A stretch of DNA of 63,323 nucleotides, filler included, from Chiloscyllium plagiosum (lineage: Eukaryota), in assembly GCF_004010195.1 (NCBI RefSeq). It is 4 parts of one record of this genome, joined end to end, with 100 filler letters (N's around TTAATTAATTAA, not from the genome) between each part and the next. Parts side by side here need not be neighbours in the genome. Positions count along the whole stretch, not along the records: positions 1 to 25,388 come from NC_057713.1; 3 more parts are not named here. One strand, written 5' to 3'. The notes beneath the pieces are model-generated. The model had not been told where the DNA came from. It searched no databases and was given only the letters and a program-made list of their open reading frames with translations. Positions within the stretch are counted from its first letter, which is position 1, and each line of letters begins with the position of its first letter. Position numbers and translations under genes: made by a program. This document shows, piece by piece, positions 1 through 13,129 of the stretch.

Positions 1-585
1 GTACAGGAGTTGGGAGGTCATGTTGCGGCTGTACAGGACATTGGTTAGGCCACTGTTGGAATATTGCGTGCAATTCTGGTCTCCTTCCTATCGGAAAGAT
101 GTTGTGAAACTTGAAAGGGCTCAGAAAAGATTTACAAGGATGTTGCCAGGATTGGAGGATTTGAGCTATAGGGAGAGGCTGAACAGGCTGGAGCGTCGGA
201 GTCTGAGGGGTGACCTTATCGAGGTTTACAAAATTATGAGGGATATGGATAGGATAAATAAACAAAGTCTTTTCCCTGGGACTAGGGAGTCCAGAAGAAG
301 GCATAGGTTTATGGTGAGAGGGGAAAGATATAAAAGAGGCCTAAGGGGCAACTTTTTCACGCAGAGGGTGGTATGTGTATGGAATGAGCTGCCAGAGGAT
401 GTGGTGGAGGCTGGTACAATTGCAGCATTTAAGAGGCATTTGGATGGGTATATGAATAGGAAGGGTTTGGAGGGATATGGGCCGGGTGCTGGCAGGTGGG
501 ACTAGATTGGGTTGGGATATCTGGTCGGTGTGGACAGGTTGGACCGAAGGGTCTGGTTCCATGCTGTACATCTCTATGACTCTAA
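1..585 (+). mobile_element. CR1-clade LINE (shark HER1-like), ORF2 C-terminus and 3' end
   Basis: ORF 20-505 reads LYRTLVRPLLEYCVQFWSP...LERAQKRFTRML...RGDLIEVYKIM...FFTQRVV..WNELP, the typical CR1 ORF2 C-terminus. It ends in a CTCTATGACTCTA tail. Confidence 0.92.
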
Positions 586-621
586 AACAACAACGTTCTA
601 AATGGCTCCTAATCAGGTCAC

Positions 622-1174
622 TATGACATGTGTGGGGAGGGGTCAATGCAGCAGAGAACCACCTAACAAAGAGAAAACATCAAAAAGAAAATCTCTATGC
701 ATGTACTGGAAATCTCTTTCTACTAGCTGCCTTCCACTTACTTTTCTCCTTTTGAAGAAGGAATAAAACGCTTTCATAAACACCAAAAGGTCAAATTTTC
801 AACCAGAGAAATAAAAAGAGCTTCACAAAATTCTTGTGACAATAGCAAAGACCTGATAAGGAATGTAAATCAAGAAAAGCAACTCATTGAGTCCTGTGGT
901 CCAGACTGGTGTTTTCCTGATCATTGTTTCTCTTGTCCCGCTATTAATATACATGTCATGTCCGTCACTGTTTATAGATTTGCGAAGAGGGAAATTTAAG
1001 AAAGGATAGAGTGTTAAGTTGCAGAGTCATAACTTAGCATTTCACATTGGCAAATTGCGATTGGTTAATTTGTTTATAACAAAGTTATTTTCTTGTTAAG
1101 TCGAGAAATCTGACGGGTGTTTTCTTTTAACCCAAGTTTGTTTCCACTGCACTACCCAAATTAGTCGTGACAAC
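622..1174 (+). mobile_element. possible solo LTR
   Basis: About 550 bp block with AATAAA and an LTR-like U5 end (...TAGTCGTGACAACA). No TSD confirmed. Confidence 0.25.
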
Positions 1175-1361
1175 ATGCAAATAATGCTCACTGTGTTATG
1201 CATCATTTATCTTCTGCCATCTAGAACATTAGAACAGATATTTACTAAATCTAAGTAAAATTTTGAAGAAAGATAAACAATATAAGATTGATAAAACTAA
1301 TAACAATGTCCTATTGGATCGTGTTCCAACAAGTTTAAGTTCAATAAGAATACTAACTCAC

Positions 1362-1550
1362 CCGGACATCAGTGGCATCACCATGTCTGATGTTCATGAC
1401 CCAGGTTGAGGGCTCATTATTGCTCTCAAAATAATGGAAGACCTTCAACACTCGTTCCATGGCACCAGGAGATCGTTCCATACTCAAACGGGACTTGGCT
1501 CCTGAACCTGCTGTGTGATTCAAGTTCGGGTCAAGGTAACCAGCTGCCAT
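1362..1550 (-). CDS. PTK2: Focal adhesion kinase, first canonical coding exon (N-terminus and start of FERM domain); exon spans 1362-1582
   Basis: Translation MAAGYLDPNLNHTAGSGAKSRLSMERSPGAMERVLKVFHYFESNNEPSTWVMNIRHGDATDVR matches the vertebrate FAK N-terminus (MAAAYLDPNLNH...MERSPGAMERVLKVFHYFE...IRHGDATDVR). Phase-0 donor GTGAGT at 1361; polypyrimidine acceptor TTTTTATCTCCATAG ending at 1583. Confidence 0.97.
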
Positions 1551-1871
1551 GCTTCTACTGGATGCTATGTGTCGTTCATATTCTATGGAGATAAAAATTA
1601 AAAGTTAGAGGCAAAAATCTATAGCAAAGTAGACACATGTTCTGACATGAAGAAAAATCAAACTCATACTAAATGTTGGAACAAAATGTGAAAGTGTACA
1701 TCAGAGTAAAGGCTGAATACCTATTAGTGTTCCAAAATGTTCATCATCACAAACATCCCATTGCATAAATATTTCACACAAACCTTGTGCCAATTGTGAG
1801 TTGTAACAAAATGAACCAAAACCAAAATTACAACTTAGATTTCAGAGCTAAAAGAAATGTAGTTTATCTAA

Positions 1872-2050
1872 TGTAAAAACAAAAATCACTGCAGAAACTC
1901 AGGATAGTTCTGAAGAAATGTCACCTCAGAATTTGAAGCAAGAACTGATTTTTCTCTCTCCTCTGATGCTGTCAGACCTACTGAGTTTCCCCAGCAGTTT
2001 CTGTTTTTAATTTAGATCTTCACGGCAGCAACTGCATCTTTTACTTTTAT
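1872..2050 (+). mobile_element. old degenerate Penelope-like terminal-repeat relic
   Basis: CTGAAGAA...GATGCTGTCAGACCTACTGAGTTTCCCCAGCAG resembles the GATGCTGCCTGACCTGCTG...CCAGCA PLE terminal motif seen in younger copies in this window. Confidence 0.5.
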
Positions 2051-3846
2051 TTAAGTTTTTTCCGTGCTTTCTTATATAATCTATCGGTGATTGTCTCACT
2101 GGTGGTTGTTTCAACTAATTCAGTTGTGGATTCAAACCCCCAGTGTCAAGCTTTGAACGCATAATTTAAGTGCAGTGTGGTATGGAGAAGTGTTGTTTTT
2201 CAAATAAGATGTCAAAGCAAGATTCCATATGCTCACACAGGGGTTCATAAGAAAATTCTTAACATTAGTCAAAGTAAAGCAGCATTCTCTCAACGTGCCA
2301 AACAAATTTATTACCTGACGCCACTAAAAACAAATTATCTGGTCATTTAGTACTGCCTTCTGTTGGACTTTGCTATATGCAAGTGGCTCTAATATAGGCA
2401 ATTACAACAGCCGTGTGAGTTACGAACTATGTGATTAACTACATAGCCTCTCGGTCTCCTGAGGTAGTGAAAAACACAAAATAAAACCATAATTAAATTT
2501 TACTTTCTTCTCTTTGTTCTTTACATTATGCCAATTGAGTGCTTCTAGCACTTCGTTTAATTTCAGATCTTCAGCAACTGCAGTTTTGTGCTTTTTTGTT
2601 TTCTATATTTCAAATCCTGTGAAGCCAAAGGTTAATCCAAGCTGAACTGAGATGACTAATGCATGGTGCATCACTTGGTTAAGGATCAATCATAGCATTA
2701 CTAGCCAGTTTTATTCTACAGTTAGCCCACCAACTCCCTCACATCTGCTTTCAGTTAGAATTCTCAATCTTATGACTGTGCCTAGTTGGTGGTCATTAAA
2801 AAAGGTATTGCTAATATTAAATGTTTAAAGGCCAAATTATTTATTAAAATCATGAATAAATTATAGCTAAAACAACAATTAAACTTTTCCTGTTAGAATT
2901 ATTTGAAAGGCAGATTTCATTTTCTAGACATTCAGTTCATTATTAAAAACTGGACTTACACAGCATTCATGACAATCAAGGCCCCCCCCCCCCAAAGACT
3001 TTAAAGCTAATAGTATTACTTTTGTGAAGTAGAAACCTCAGTATTCAAACTGTGCACGTTAAGCTCTCATAAACAATAATGTGATCATGACCAGAGAATC
3101 TGTTTTATGTTGTTTTGATCTCAGCATAAATATCGACTAGGACACCTGGGATAACTCCCGCTTTTTTTATTACTTGTAAAAAAAGACATACTTTGTTGAA
3201 GTTCTTGTCTCGAAATATGAATGGAAATGGAAACATTTATGATGTATGAGAAGAGGCAAATGAGTCCGATTTGTAGAAACATTGCCACTGTCAATGTACC
3301 AGTTGAATGATAACTGACAGTTAACTGACAAGCTATGGAAATTTTGATCCAGGCAGGTTGACTCAAATTGGTCAACGCATTACCCTCATAATGAACCAGA
3401 GAATCACTGTCACCTGCTTTGCCGTGTAAAAACAGCCATAATGCGTTAACATGTTCTTTCAGTCTGCAAAGAATAGTTCCTGTGTATGTAGATTCTGGTA
3501 CTTGCAACAGTGCAAGCTCGAATAACAAGCTTAAATTAGTTGTCAGAATAATCATCAGGACACACTGAAATAATCACCAAGAATGGCCTGAACATGGAAG
3601 CATATCTCGTGTTGGACATTGTGTTTGAGTTCTGTAAATACGTGTTACTTAGGAATGGTCAGTGCTCCCTCTGGTGCAAACTTGCAGTTATATGTTGTTT
3701 GATACAATCCACCAGACCTTGGGTGGTACAGCCAAAGCAGCTAGCATCACATCAACATAATTTTATTTACTGCATTATTCGTTGTGTGGTAGGCCACCTT
3801 TTTGGATTGATAGCAACATCCTGCTCACTTTGGACGCCATTCATAC

Positions 3847-5020
3847 AATCATAGACAGAGATGTACAGCATGGAAACAGACTGTTAAGTCCAACTCGTTC
3901 ATGCTGACCAGATATCCTAAATTAATCTAGTCCCATTTGCCAGTATTTGGTCCATATCACTCTAAACGCTTCCCATTCAGGTACCCATCCACATGCCTTT
4001 TAAATTTGTAATCATACCTGCTTCCACCACCTCCTTGAGCAGCTTGTTCCATACACTCACTGACCTCTACAAAAAGTTGCCCTTGGGTCCCTTTTAAATC
4101 TTTCCCCTCTCACCTTCAACCTCTGCCCTCTAGTTTTAGACTCACTCCACTTTCCTGGGGAAAGGACCTTGGCTGTTCACCCTATCCATGCCCCTCATGA
4201 TTTTATAAACCTCTATAAGGTCACCCTTCAGCATCTGATGCTCCAGAAAAAATAGCCTCAGCCTATTTAGTCTCTCCCTGTACCTCAAATCTCCAACCCT
4301 GGCAACATCTTTGTAAATCTTTTCAAGGTTCATAATATCTTTCCTATAGCAGGGACACCAGAATTGAATGCAGTATTCCAAAAGTGACTTCACCAATATC
4401 CTGTACAGCAGCAACATGACTTCCCAGCTCCTAAACTCAATACACTGACCAATAAAGGCAAGGGTACCAAATGCCTTCTTCACCGTCCTGTCTACCTGTG
4501 ACTTTACACTCAAAGAATTATGAACCTGCAACCCAACGTCTTTGTGTTTGGCCACACTCCCAATAGCACTTCCCACACTCTCTAAGACTTATAGTGTATA
4601 AGTCCTGCCCTGATTTGTCTTCACAAAATGCAACATCTCACGTGTATCTAAATTAAAGTCTACCTGCCACTCCTCAGCCCATCGCCCCATCTGATCAAGA
4701 TCCTGTTTTACTGAGATAACCTTTTTCACTGTCCACTACAGCACCAACTTTGCTGTCATCTGCTAACTTACCAACCATACCTCCTGTACTCACACCCAAT
4801 TCATTTTTGTAAATGACAAAAGACAGTGGAACCAGCACCAACCCTTACAGCACACTGTTGGTCACAGGCCTCCAGTCCGAAAAGTAACTTTGCACCACCA
4901 CCCTGTCTCCTAAATTCAAACCAAATTTATATCGAAATGACTAGCTCTCTCTGGATTCCATGTGACCTAAACTTGCTAACTAGTGTTCCATGCGGAACCA
5001 TGTTGAATGCCTTACTATAC
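3847..5020 (-). mobile_element. CR1 LINE, RT domain to 3' end, degraded
   Basis: ORF 4142-4576 (LLEYCIQFWCP...GDLIEVYKIM). The reverse complement of the 3' tail lies near 3850-3880. Confidence 0.9.
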
Positions 5021-5929
5021 ATAGTCAGACAGCTGATGATAATGAGGGAATGGAGTATGCATGAGCAATCCATACATCAAACACCTATCACAGGGCTATT
5101 ACGCAAACTACATCTTAAATATTTAAATAATGTCATATAACATGGGTGAAAGATCAATACTTTATAACAAATATTTGGGATAATGCTTTCCACAACCAGT
5201 CATCTCTCTCTAATGAGTTAGCAACCCTGTTGTCTGCCTTACCTGACTTTATCCAATTCTATATATGTTACTGTTTACAAAATAAAAATCTTTGCCTTCA
5301 TATTGACTTTACTTTGTATATTTATTACTGTACGCTAACCTTTCTGTAATGTCATAATTACTTGTGCTGACACAAAAGGTTATTCCTATACAATTTTTTT
5401 TCCAGGATTATCAAAGAACTAATATTAATCAGGTATTCAAATTGTATTTGTGTAGGATTTAAGATATGAAAACAAGCACAGCAATTACAGACTCTTAGTT
5501 ACTACAAAGAGTATCAGACAGCAGAACTTCCAAATAATTAGCAAAAAGCATTGGTCAACAAATGTGCTTTAAGAATACAACCACTACAGTGAATGCAGAG
5601 AACTGATTCTACACATTCGTGCATTTCTGTACACATAGCAAAGTCCAGATGGGTTGCAGGAAGCATCTTTCAGAAAACAAGAAAATGAAGAATTCAGCAT
5701 TGCATTACTCTGGAATCTCAAATCTTTCACCAGACTTTTGGCTATGGTGCTGATATCAGGCCTTAAACACAGCCACATAATTAATCCAAACTCTATTTTT
5801 TCCCAACATTACTGCAATTTTCCTCCCTTCAAGTATTCGATTTCTCCTTCAAAAGTTGCAAGTGAATCTGCTTCCACTGCCCTTTCAGACAATAACTTTT
5901 AAACCATCATGCAACAATTTCTTTTCTCT

Positions 5930-7560
5930 CCAATTCACAGAATAGCACAACACCAAAAGTCATTCAGACAATCAAGTCTGTACGAACTCTTACAGAGAGT
6001 AATCCAATTAGTTAACACCCTCTCCTTGCTCTTTCTGCAATTTTTATCCTTTTCCAAGTGTATATCCAGCTTGCTCTGAAGGATACCACGGGATCCATCA
6101 ATCTGTCAGGCAGTGCATTCTAAATTGTGAATGAGAGTTCCAAAACTGTTTTTTCCACACGCTGGATTTTTCACTGATTATTTAAATCCTTGCCCTCTGG
6201 CTGTTGAAAACAATTGCCTTTTAATTATTCTATCTACACGCCTCAGAATTTTCAACAACATCAATAAATTCAGTTTATCTTCACTTCTATGAGATTAGCC
6301 CAAGCTTCTCCAGTCTCTCCCTGAAGCCATTCTAGCAACTGTTTTCTGCCGGTTGTAAAGCATTCACATTCTTCCCAATGCATACTGCCTAAATTGCATT
6401 CAAAACCCCAGCTGGAGAAAAAAAGTGTTTAATGACAGTTTCAGCTAAATTTCCTGTCACTTTTACAATTTTGCCTCTATCTATAAACAGCAGACACCAT
6501 TTATTTTAATCAACTGATTTATTCACTTGGTCACTTCTGCCCCTCAAATCTGTTCAAGCACTCACTTAAAAGATGCACCATGTACCGCAAATAATCTTTG
6601 CACCATAAAACATAGGCCATTCAATGAGACACTGGTGGATTTGATAATCCTCAATTACAATTTGTTGCCTTTTCCTTATAACCTTCAACTCCTTCCCGAT
6701 TAAAAATCTGTTTATCTCAGCCTGACACAACCTGAACAACCGTCTGTAGTAAATAATTTCACATATGCACTATTCTCTAAAAGAAAAAAATCTTCCTCAT
6801 CTCTGACTTAAAAGGGCAACCAATTATTCTGAGATTATGCTCCTAATCCACAACTCTGACTGGCCCAACATACTCAACCATGCCTCATGAGACTGTCCCT
6901 CTGTACCTGTGATCAACCTAGTTAACCCTCTCTGGACTACTTCCATTTGCCAATATATCTGTCCATTAGACAGTGCACCCAAAACTGTTCATGGTATTCC
7001 AACTGTGGTCTAACTAGTTTTAGCAACATTTCCCTATTTTTATATTCCATCTTTTTGAAAAAAGGGATCACTTTCCATTCACCTTCTCTATTACTTACTT
7101 TTTGGTTTTTGAGAGTTATGTATGAAGACTTCCAAACCCCTCAGCTCTGTAGCTTTCTACAGTCTTTCTCTATTTAAATAATTTTGACCTACTTTCTTCG
7201 CCCTGCCAAAATGCGTAAATGTACATTTTCTAACATTACATGCTATCTGCTAAGTTTTTGCCAACTTGCTTCATCCTTATATATCCCTCTGTAGACTGAA
7301 GTATCATCCTCAACTCTTGCCTCAGAAATTTAGAAAATAGGAGCACATGTACGCCGTTCAGCTCTTCAAGACATTCAAAATGATTACGGCTCATCATCCA
7401 ACTCAGTACACAATTTCAGCTTTCTCCCCATATACTTTGATCTCGAAGGAATATATTTAACTCCTTAATGAAAAACATTCAATGATTTGGCCTAATTCCC
7501 TATCTGCAGCAGAGACCTCCACATGCTTACAAGTTTCTGGGTGAAGAAATTGCTCCCCAT
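5930..7560 (-). mobile_element. cluster of old CR1 fragments
   Basis: Degenerate minus-strand CR1 hallmarks, e.g. CCAAAACTGTTCATGGTATTCCAACTGTGGTCT (LEY..QF motif) and GGGTGAAGAAATT. Confidence 0.6.
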
Positions 7561-7599
7561 CTCAGTCCAAAAGGCCTTAAACTTTGACCCCTAGTTCAG

Positions 7600-8900
7600 G
7601 ACTCCCTGATCATCACATTCTTGCTGAGTATTTTCTTTCTAGTCCAATAGAATTTTGTAGGTTTCTTGAAAATCCCACCTCATTCTCTTGGCACTTCCAG
7701 CTGAAGATTGTGTCAAATGCTTCAGCCTTATCATTTGCACTGATATGCTGGGCTCTTCCATCATTAAGGATGGTGATAATACAGGAGTTCCACCTTCAGT
7801 GAGCTGTTTAATTGTCCACCACCTTTCAATAATGGATGTGGTAGATCTGCAGAACTTAGATCTGATCATTGTGGGATGGCTTAGCTCTATCACTTGCTGC
7901 TGTTATTTGGCATGCAAGTAGTCCTAATTGGTAGCTTCACCAAGTTAACATCTCATTTTTAGGTATGTCGGGTACTGCTCCTAGCATCGCTTTCCTGCAC
8001 TTTTCATTGAACCAAGGTTGATGTGCTAGCTTAATGGAAACAGCAGAGTGGGGGATATGCCGGCCGTGACGTTATAGATTGTGCTGGAGTACAATTCCGC
8101 TACTGTTGATGATCCACTGCATCTCATGGATGCCCGAGTTGCGAGATCCATTTGAAGTCTGTTCCATGTAGCATGGTGATAGTGCCACACAACATGACGG
8201 AGCATATTCTTAATGTGAATGCGGAATCTCCACAATGACTGTGCAGTGGTTGCTCTTACAAAAACTGTCAGAGAGAGATGCATCTGCAGCTTCTCATTGG
8301 CTCCCTCACCATTTGCCGCTGACGCAGTCTAGCAACTCCATCAATAAAGCTGCTGCTCAGCCACTCTTGGTGGTGGACATTGAAATCTCTAACCCTGAGA
8401 ATATTCTGCACAATTGCCACCTCCCTCCTTCCTCCAGGTGTTATTCAACATGGAGGAGTACTGAGTCATCAACCAAGGGAGGATGGTACGTGATAATCAG
8501 CAGATATCCTTGCCTATGTTTAACCTGAAGCTTGAGACCTCATGGTGTCTGGACTCCCAAGTCAACAACGTCTCGACTGTATACCAGTGTGCCATGACCT
8601 CTGCTGGGTCTGTCCTGCTGGTGGGACAGGACATATCCAGGAATAGTGATGGTAATGTCTGGGGCACAGTCATACTAAAAAGAATCATACCTTACAGACA
8701 ACATCAGGTTGTTGCTTAAATAGTCTGTGAGATAGCTCTCCCAACTTTACCAGTAGTCCGCACATTAGTAAGAAGGACTTTGCAGGGCCAACAGATCTGT
8801 TTCGACCATTGTCTTTTCCAGTGCTTAGATTAATGCCAAGCAGTCCGTCCAGTTTAATTTCTTTGTTGAGATTTCATAGCCATTTATACAATGGAATACA
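7600..8900 (-). mobile_element. second LINE family (CR1/Jockey group), degraded ORF2 fragment
   Basis: Degraded coding remnants. Probably related to the fragments at 32160-33640 and 60715-60915. Confidence 0.5.
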
Positions 8901-8939
8901 ACATAGAACACAGAAGAGGAGATGACAAGTGAAATGATA

Positions 8940-9186
8940 TTACTGTGGGTCTGGAGTCACATGAGGCCAGACTAGGTGAGGATGGCAAATTTCCTTCCCT
9001 GAAGAACATTAGTGAGCCATTAGGGTTTTTCTGTCAATTAACAATGGTTTCATGGTCATCAGTAGATTCTTAATTCCAGATTATTAAAAATATTTGGTTT
9101 GAAATTTGAATTCAAGTCCCCAGAACATTGGCTGAGCTGCTGGATGAATAGTCTAGTGACAATACCACTCTATTATCACTGTCCTA
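8940..9186 (-). mobile_element. SINE-like repeat with tRNA-like head
   Basis: GGGTCTGGAGTCACATG...TTGAATTCAAG...CAATACCACT. Related copies at 46150-46485 and 51465-51650. Confidence 0.5.
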
Positions 9187-9189
9187 GTC

Positions 9190-11180
9190 ATGCGTTCGCT
9201 CCGTAGCTACTTTCTTGGATGCATCCCATCAACTCTAGGAGACGTATCAGTCTTTCGCTCCATTAGTTTTCCTAGCATTTTTCTCCAGAGATTGTTATTG
9301 TAATTATTTCCTCTCCTCCTTATACCTCCTGAACATTTAGTATGCTCTTAAACGTCTTCTGCTGTGAAGATTTATGCAAAGCATTTATTAATTCATCTTC
9401 CATTTCCTGGTTTCTCATTATTATTTCCACAGCCTTATTCTCTAAGAAGCTTATGTTAACTTTGTTTCTTTCTTCATTTGTATACATTTAAAGAAGCTCT
9501 TGCTGTCCATCTTAATATTACTTACTAATTTATCCTCAGTTTATTTTTTCTGTGTTGTTATAAATATGTGGGTGTACCTTTAAGAGAGTTAAAAGCAGCA
9601 GAACTACTGGACACAAACCAAGTGTTTTCAAGAAGTAACAATGTAACACTAGGTCAAACATCTCTATTAGCTTGTTACCTGAAGACAAAAACAAATTCGA
9701 ATTCAACCAGTTTAAATTACACCCCGAAAAAATATAGCAATTTCCAATCAAGTTTGAGTAAAGTATCTTGACGATCTTAAAAGCCGACGATACAATCCGA
9801 TGCTCTGGGGTATAAGACCGGGAGGAAATTAAACAATTGAGAGGAGAACTGCCAATCCTAACATGTACCATACTGCTTGAAATGAACATCTGACTTAAAA
9901 GTACCTTTTTGAACAATAACCTGTAAAACAAATTCCTAACAAGGGGAAAAGACGACACAAGAAGATCCGAAGACAAGAAACTACAGTAGCCTGGTTTTGA
10001 GATAAGAAGTGTTGTTTTGTAAATCTTAATTGGGAGTTTTATCAGTAGAAGAAAGGTAGAAGATAGATTAGAAAAAGAAATTGTAAATAGTGGTTAGTTA
10101 CTTACTCTCTGTTATACTTTAAGAAATAAAAGTTGTTATTTTTTATTTTTCTTAGTTCTTGGCCACTCAAACTTTTACAGGATGCATCTCTTCTGTGTTG
10201 CTGGTTTTAAATTAAGCAGGCGGGTTTATTCAGTGTCAAAACACTGGTAATTTGTTTTTAGCCATCTTTTGTTGGTTTTTAAAATGTTCCCAATCCTCTG
10301 GCACACCACCAGCGCTCACCACATTTTATTTCTTTTTTCCTTTCAATTTGATGCTAAACTTTACTTCCCTGGTGGACCATGGCTGGATTATCCATTTCAC
10401 AGAAACCTTCCTTCACATTGAGCTAAAATCTTTCTTGTGAGCCATTAAGAACTGTTTTCTTAAACAGTGACCATTTTTAACTATCTTTATGGATAAATTA
10501 TTTTCTCAGTATGGTCCAGCTTGCACTGCCCTCATTCCTTTGTAATTATTTTCATTCAAGCTCAGCACAGGAGTTTCTAAGCCAAGCTTCCCACACTCAA
10601 GCTGAATGCTAAATTCTACCATACTGTGGTCACTGTTTCTAGTGAATCTTTTGCTACGATACCATTTATCAAACCCAAATCATTTCACATTGCCACATCC
10701 AAAACAGCCTAATCCTAGAATAGTGTTCTAGAATTTAAACTATGAATCCTTCGCCAAGGCCATCTCTGCCAGTCTGGTTACCCCAATCGACATGAAGGTT
10801 GAAGTCACCCATGATTAATACACTGCCTTTTTTGTACATCTTTAATATCTCAATGCCTTCTCAGTCCTACTGGATTGTAATTGCTAGGGAGTCTACAGAT
10901 TACTCTTCCCAGTGTTTTCTTCCCCTTTTTATTTTTTATTTCCACCAAAATGGATTCTAGATCTTGTAATCCAGGATCAATTCTTACTATCATACTTATT
11001 CTATCCCATACTAAACAATGTTAGCCCAGTACCCTTTTATATTGCTTGACCCTTTGAAAGCCACTTACTCCTGAATATTTAGTTCCCTGATTTGATTTCC
11101 TTGTAATCATGTTTCTACAATGGCTATAACATCATTTTTGTTCAAATAGTTTGTTTCAAACCTTATGTGCATTCAAATAA
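9190..11180 (-). mobile_element. old CR1 ORF2 (endonuclease/linker region), interrupted by the LTR at 9556-10243
   Basis: Minus-strand CR1 remnants on both sides of the LTR, e.g. CCCCAATCGACATGAAGGTTGAAGTCACCCATG (MGDFN motif) and GGTCACT (SDH). Confidence 0.6.
9556..10243 (+). mobile_element. probable solo LTR
   Basis: TGTT...AACA termini and AATAAA near 10125. It interrupts a CR1 remnant. Confidence 0.5.
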
Positions 11181-11490
11181 AACATTTGCCCACCTTGATC
11201 CTATTTGTTGCTGTTTTGCTATTTCCACCACACAGACTACAGCTACTCAAGACGACAGATCACTACCACCTCCTCAAGGTATGTGAGGAATGGTCAAGAA
11301 TGCCCACAACCATGAAACTAAATAATTTACATCATTTTTATCATCTTTTGAATTACTTCCTACCATTTTGTGTTAAAATTTCATCTTGAATCCTCCTTTC
11401 ACTTGTTTAAGTCTTCCTAGTGACGTACTATACTTACAGATTTTGTGTCAACTACAAATTCATCTTTGAAATTATGCTCTACTTACCCAA

Positions 11491-11711
11491 GGAGGAGAAA
11501 GTAAGGGCTGCAGATCAGAGTCGAGAGTGTGGTGCTGGAAAAGCACAGCAGGTCAGGCACCATCCAAGGAGTAGGAGAATCAATGTTTCGGGCATAAGCC
11601 CTTCATCAGGAATGATTCCTGATGAAGGGCTTATGCCCAAAACGTTGATTCTCCTGCTCCTTGGATGGTGCCTGACCTGCTGTGCTTTTCCAACACCATA
11701 CTCTCGACTCT
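11491..11711. mobile_element. palindromic non-autonomous Penelope-derived element with two back-to-back hammerhead-like cores
   Basis: 11517-11711 is a near-perfect inverted repeat centred on 11614. The + arm has CTGATGAAGGGCTTATGCCCAAAAC and the - arm has CTGATGAAGGGCTTATGCCCGAAAC. An unpaired leader GGAGAAAGTAAGGGCTGCAGATC precedes it. Confidence 0.85.
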
Positions 11712-11797
11712 ACATACCAAATTCCAGGTATATAACAAAAGGAGTCACATCCCTGACTATTGGAGATCACTGTAAATTTCTCTCATACTGATACTTT

Positions 11798-11798
<1 letters not shown>

Positions 11799-11878
<80 letters not shown>
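11799..11878. repeat. (GA)n microsatellite
   Basis: About 40 perfect GA units, located at the 3' tail position of the adjacent CR1. Confidence 0.98.
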
Positions 11879-11881
<3 letters not shown>

Positions 11882-12655
11882 TGGCAACAGACCCTTCGGG
11901 CCAACCTGTCCATGCCGGCCAGATATCCCAACCCAATCTAGTCCCTCCAAACCCTTCCTATTCATATACCCATCTAAATGCCTTTTAAATGTTGCAATTG
12001 TACCAGCCTTCACCACTTCCTTTGGCAGCTCATTCCATACACATACCACCCTCAGCATGAAAATGTTGGCCCTTAGGTACCTTTTATATCTTTCCCCTCT
12101 CACCCTAAACCTATGCCCTCTGGTTCTGGACTCTCTCACCCCAGGGAAAAGACTTTGTCTATTTATCCTATCCATGCCCCTCATAATTTTGTAAACCTCT
12201 ATAAAGGTCACAACTCCTGTACTCAATACTCTGACCAATAAAAGAAAGCATACAAATGCCTTCTTCACTATCCTATCTACCTGCGACTCCACATGCAAGG
12301 AGCAATGAACTTGCACTCCAAGGTCTTTTTGTTCAGCAACACACCCTAGGACCTTACCATTAAGTGTATAAGTCCTTCTAAGATTTGCTTTCCCAAAATG
12401 CAGCACCTCGAATTTATCTGAATTAAACTCCATCTGCCACTTCTCAGCCCATTGGCCCATCTGATCAAGATCCTGTTGTAATCCAAGGTAACCTTCTTTG
12501 CTGTCCACTACACCTTCAATTTTGGTGTCATCTGCAAGCTTACTAACTTGACCTTTTATCCTTGCATCCAAATTATTTATATAAATGACAAAAAGTAGAG
12601 GACCCAGCACTGATCCTTGTGGTACTCCACTGGTCACAGGCCTCCAGTCTGAAAA
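11879..12655 (-). mobile_element. CR1 LINE 3' part with internal deletions
   Basis: ORF 11783-12637 contains SGVPQGSVLGPLLF..YIN..KLADDTK (RT motifs B and C) and the C-terminal WNELP. Confidence 0.92.
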
Positions 12656-13129
12656 AGAGGAAACTGTTCTCTCAAAAAGTTGTTAATCTTTGAATTTTTT
12701 TTTCCTCAGAATGGTAAACTATGGGACATCAATTATATTCAAGGTTGAATTAGAAATATTTTTTAATCTATAAAGTGTAATGGGAGGAAGAGCAGACTGG
12801 AAAGTGGAGTTGAAGCCACTCATGATCTGATTGAATAGCAAAGCAGGACCCAGGATCCAAACAGCATACTCCTGCTCCCATTTCTTAAGCTCTTTCATCC
12901 TTATATTCATCAATCACTACTCTTTGCTTTCTATGCTTAGCCTAATTTTCTTACCAAACTGCACTATCCCTTTAATCCATTTTTTTCAGCCTTGCTAACA
13001 AGTCTATGATTTTATATTTTAATGAAACACTTTGGAAAGTCTACATACACAAAATCAACCTGATAGGTTTCCTCAACTTTCTTCATTACTTCAAAGAATG
13101 CAATCAAGTTAGCAAAATGCAACTTACCT

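Noticed and set aside
3121..3555. 144 aa ORF, and similar ones at 52942-53364 and 53473-53976
   Set aside because: No recognisable homology or exon signals; consistent with chance open frames.
11760..12194. ORF with an ERERER repeat
   Set aside because: It is the translation of a GA microsatellite plus antisense CR1.
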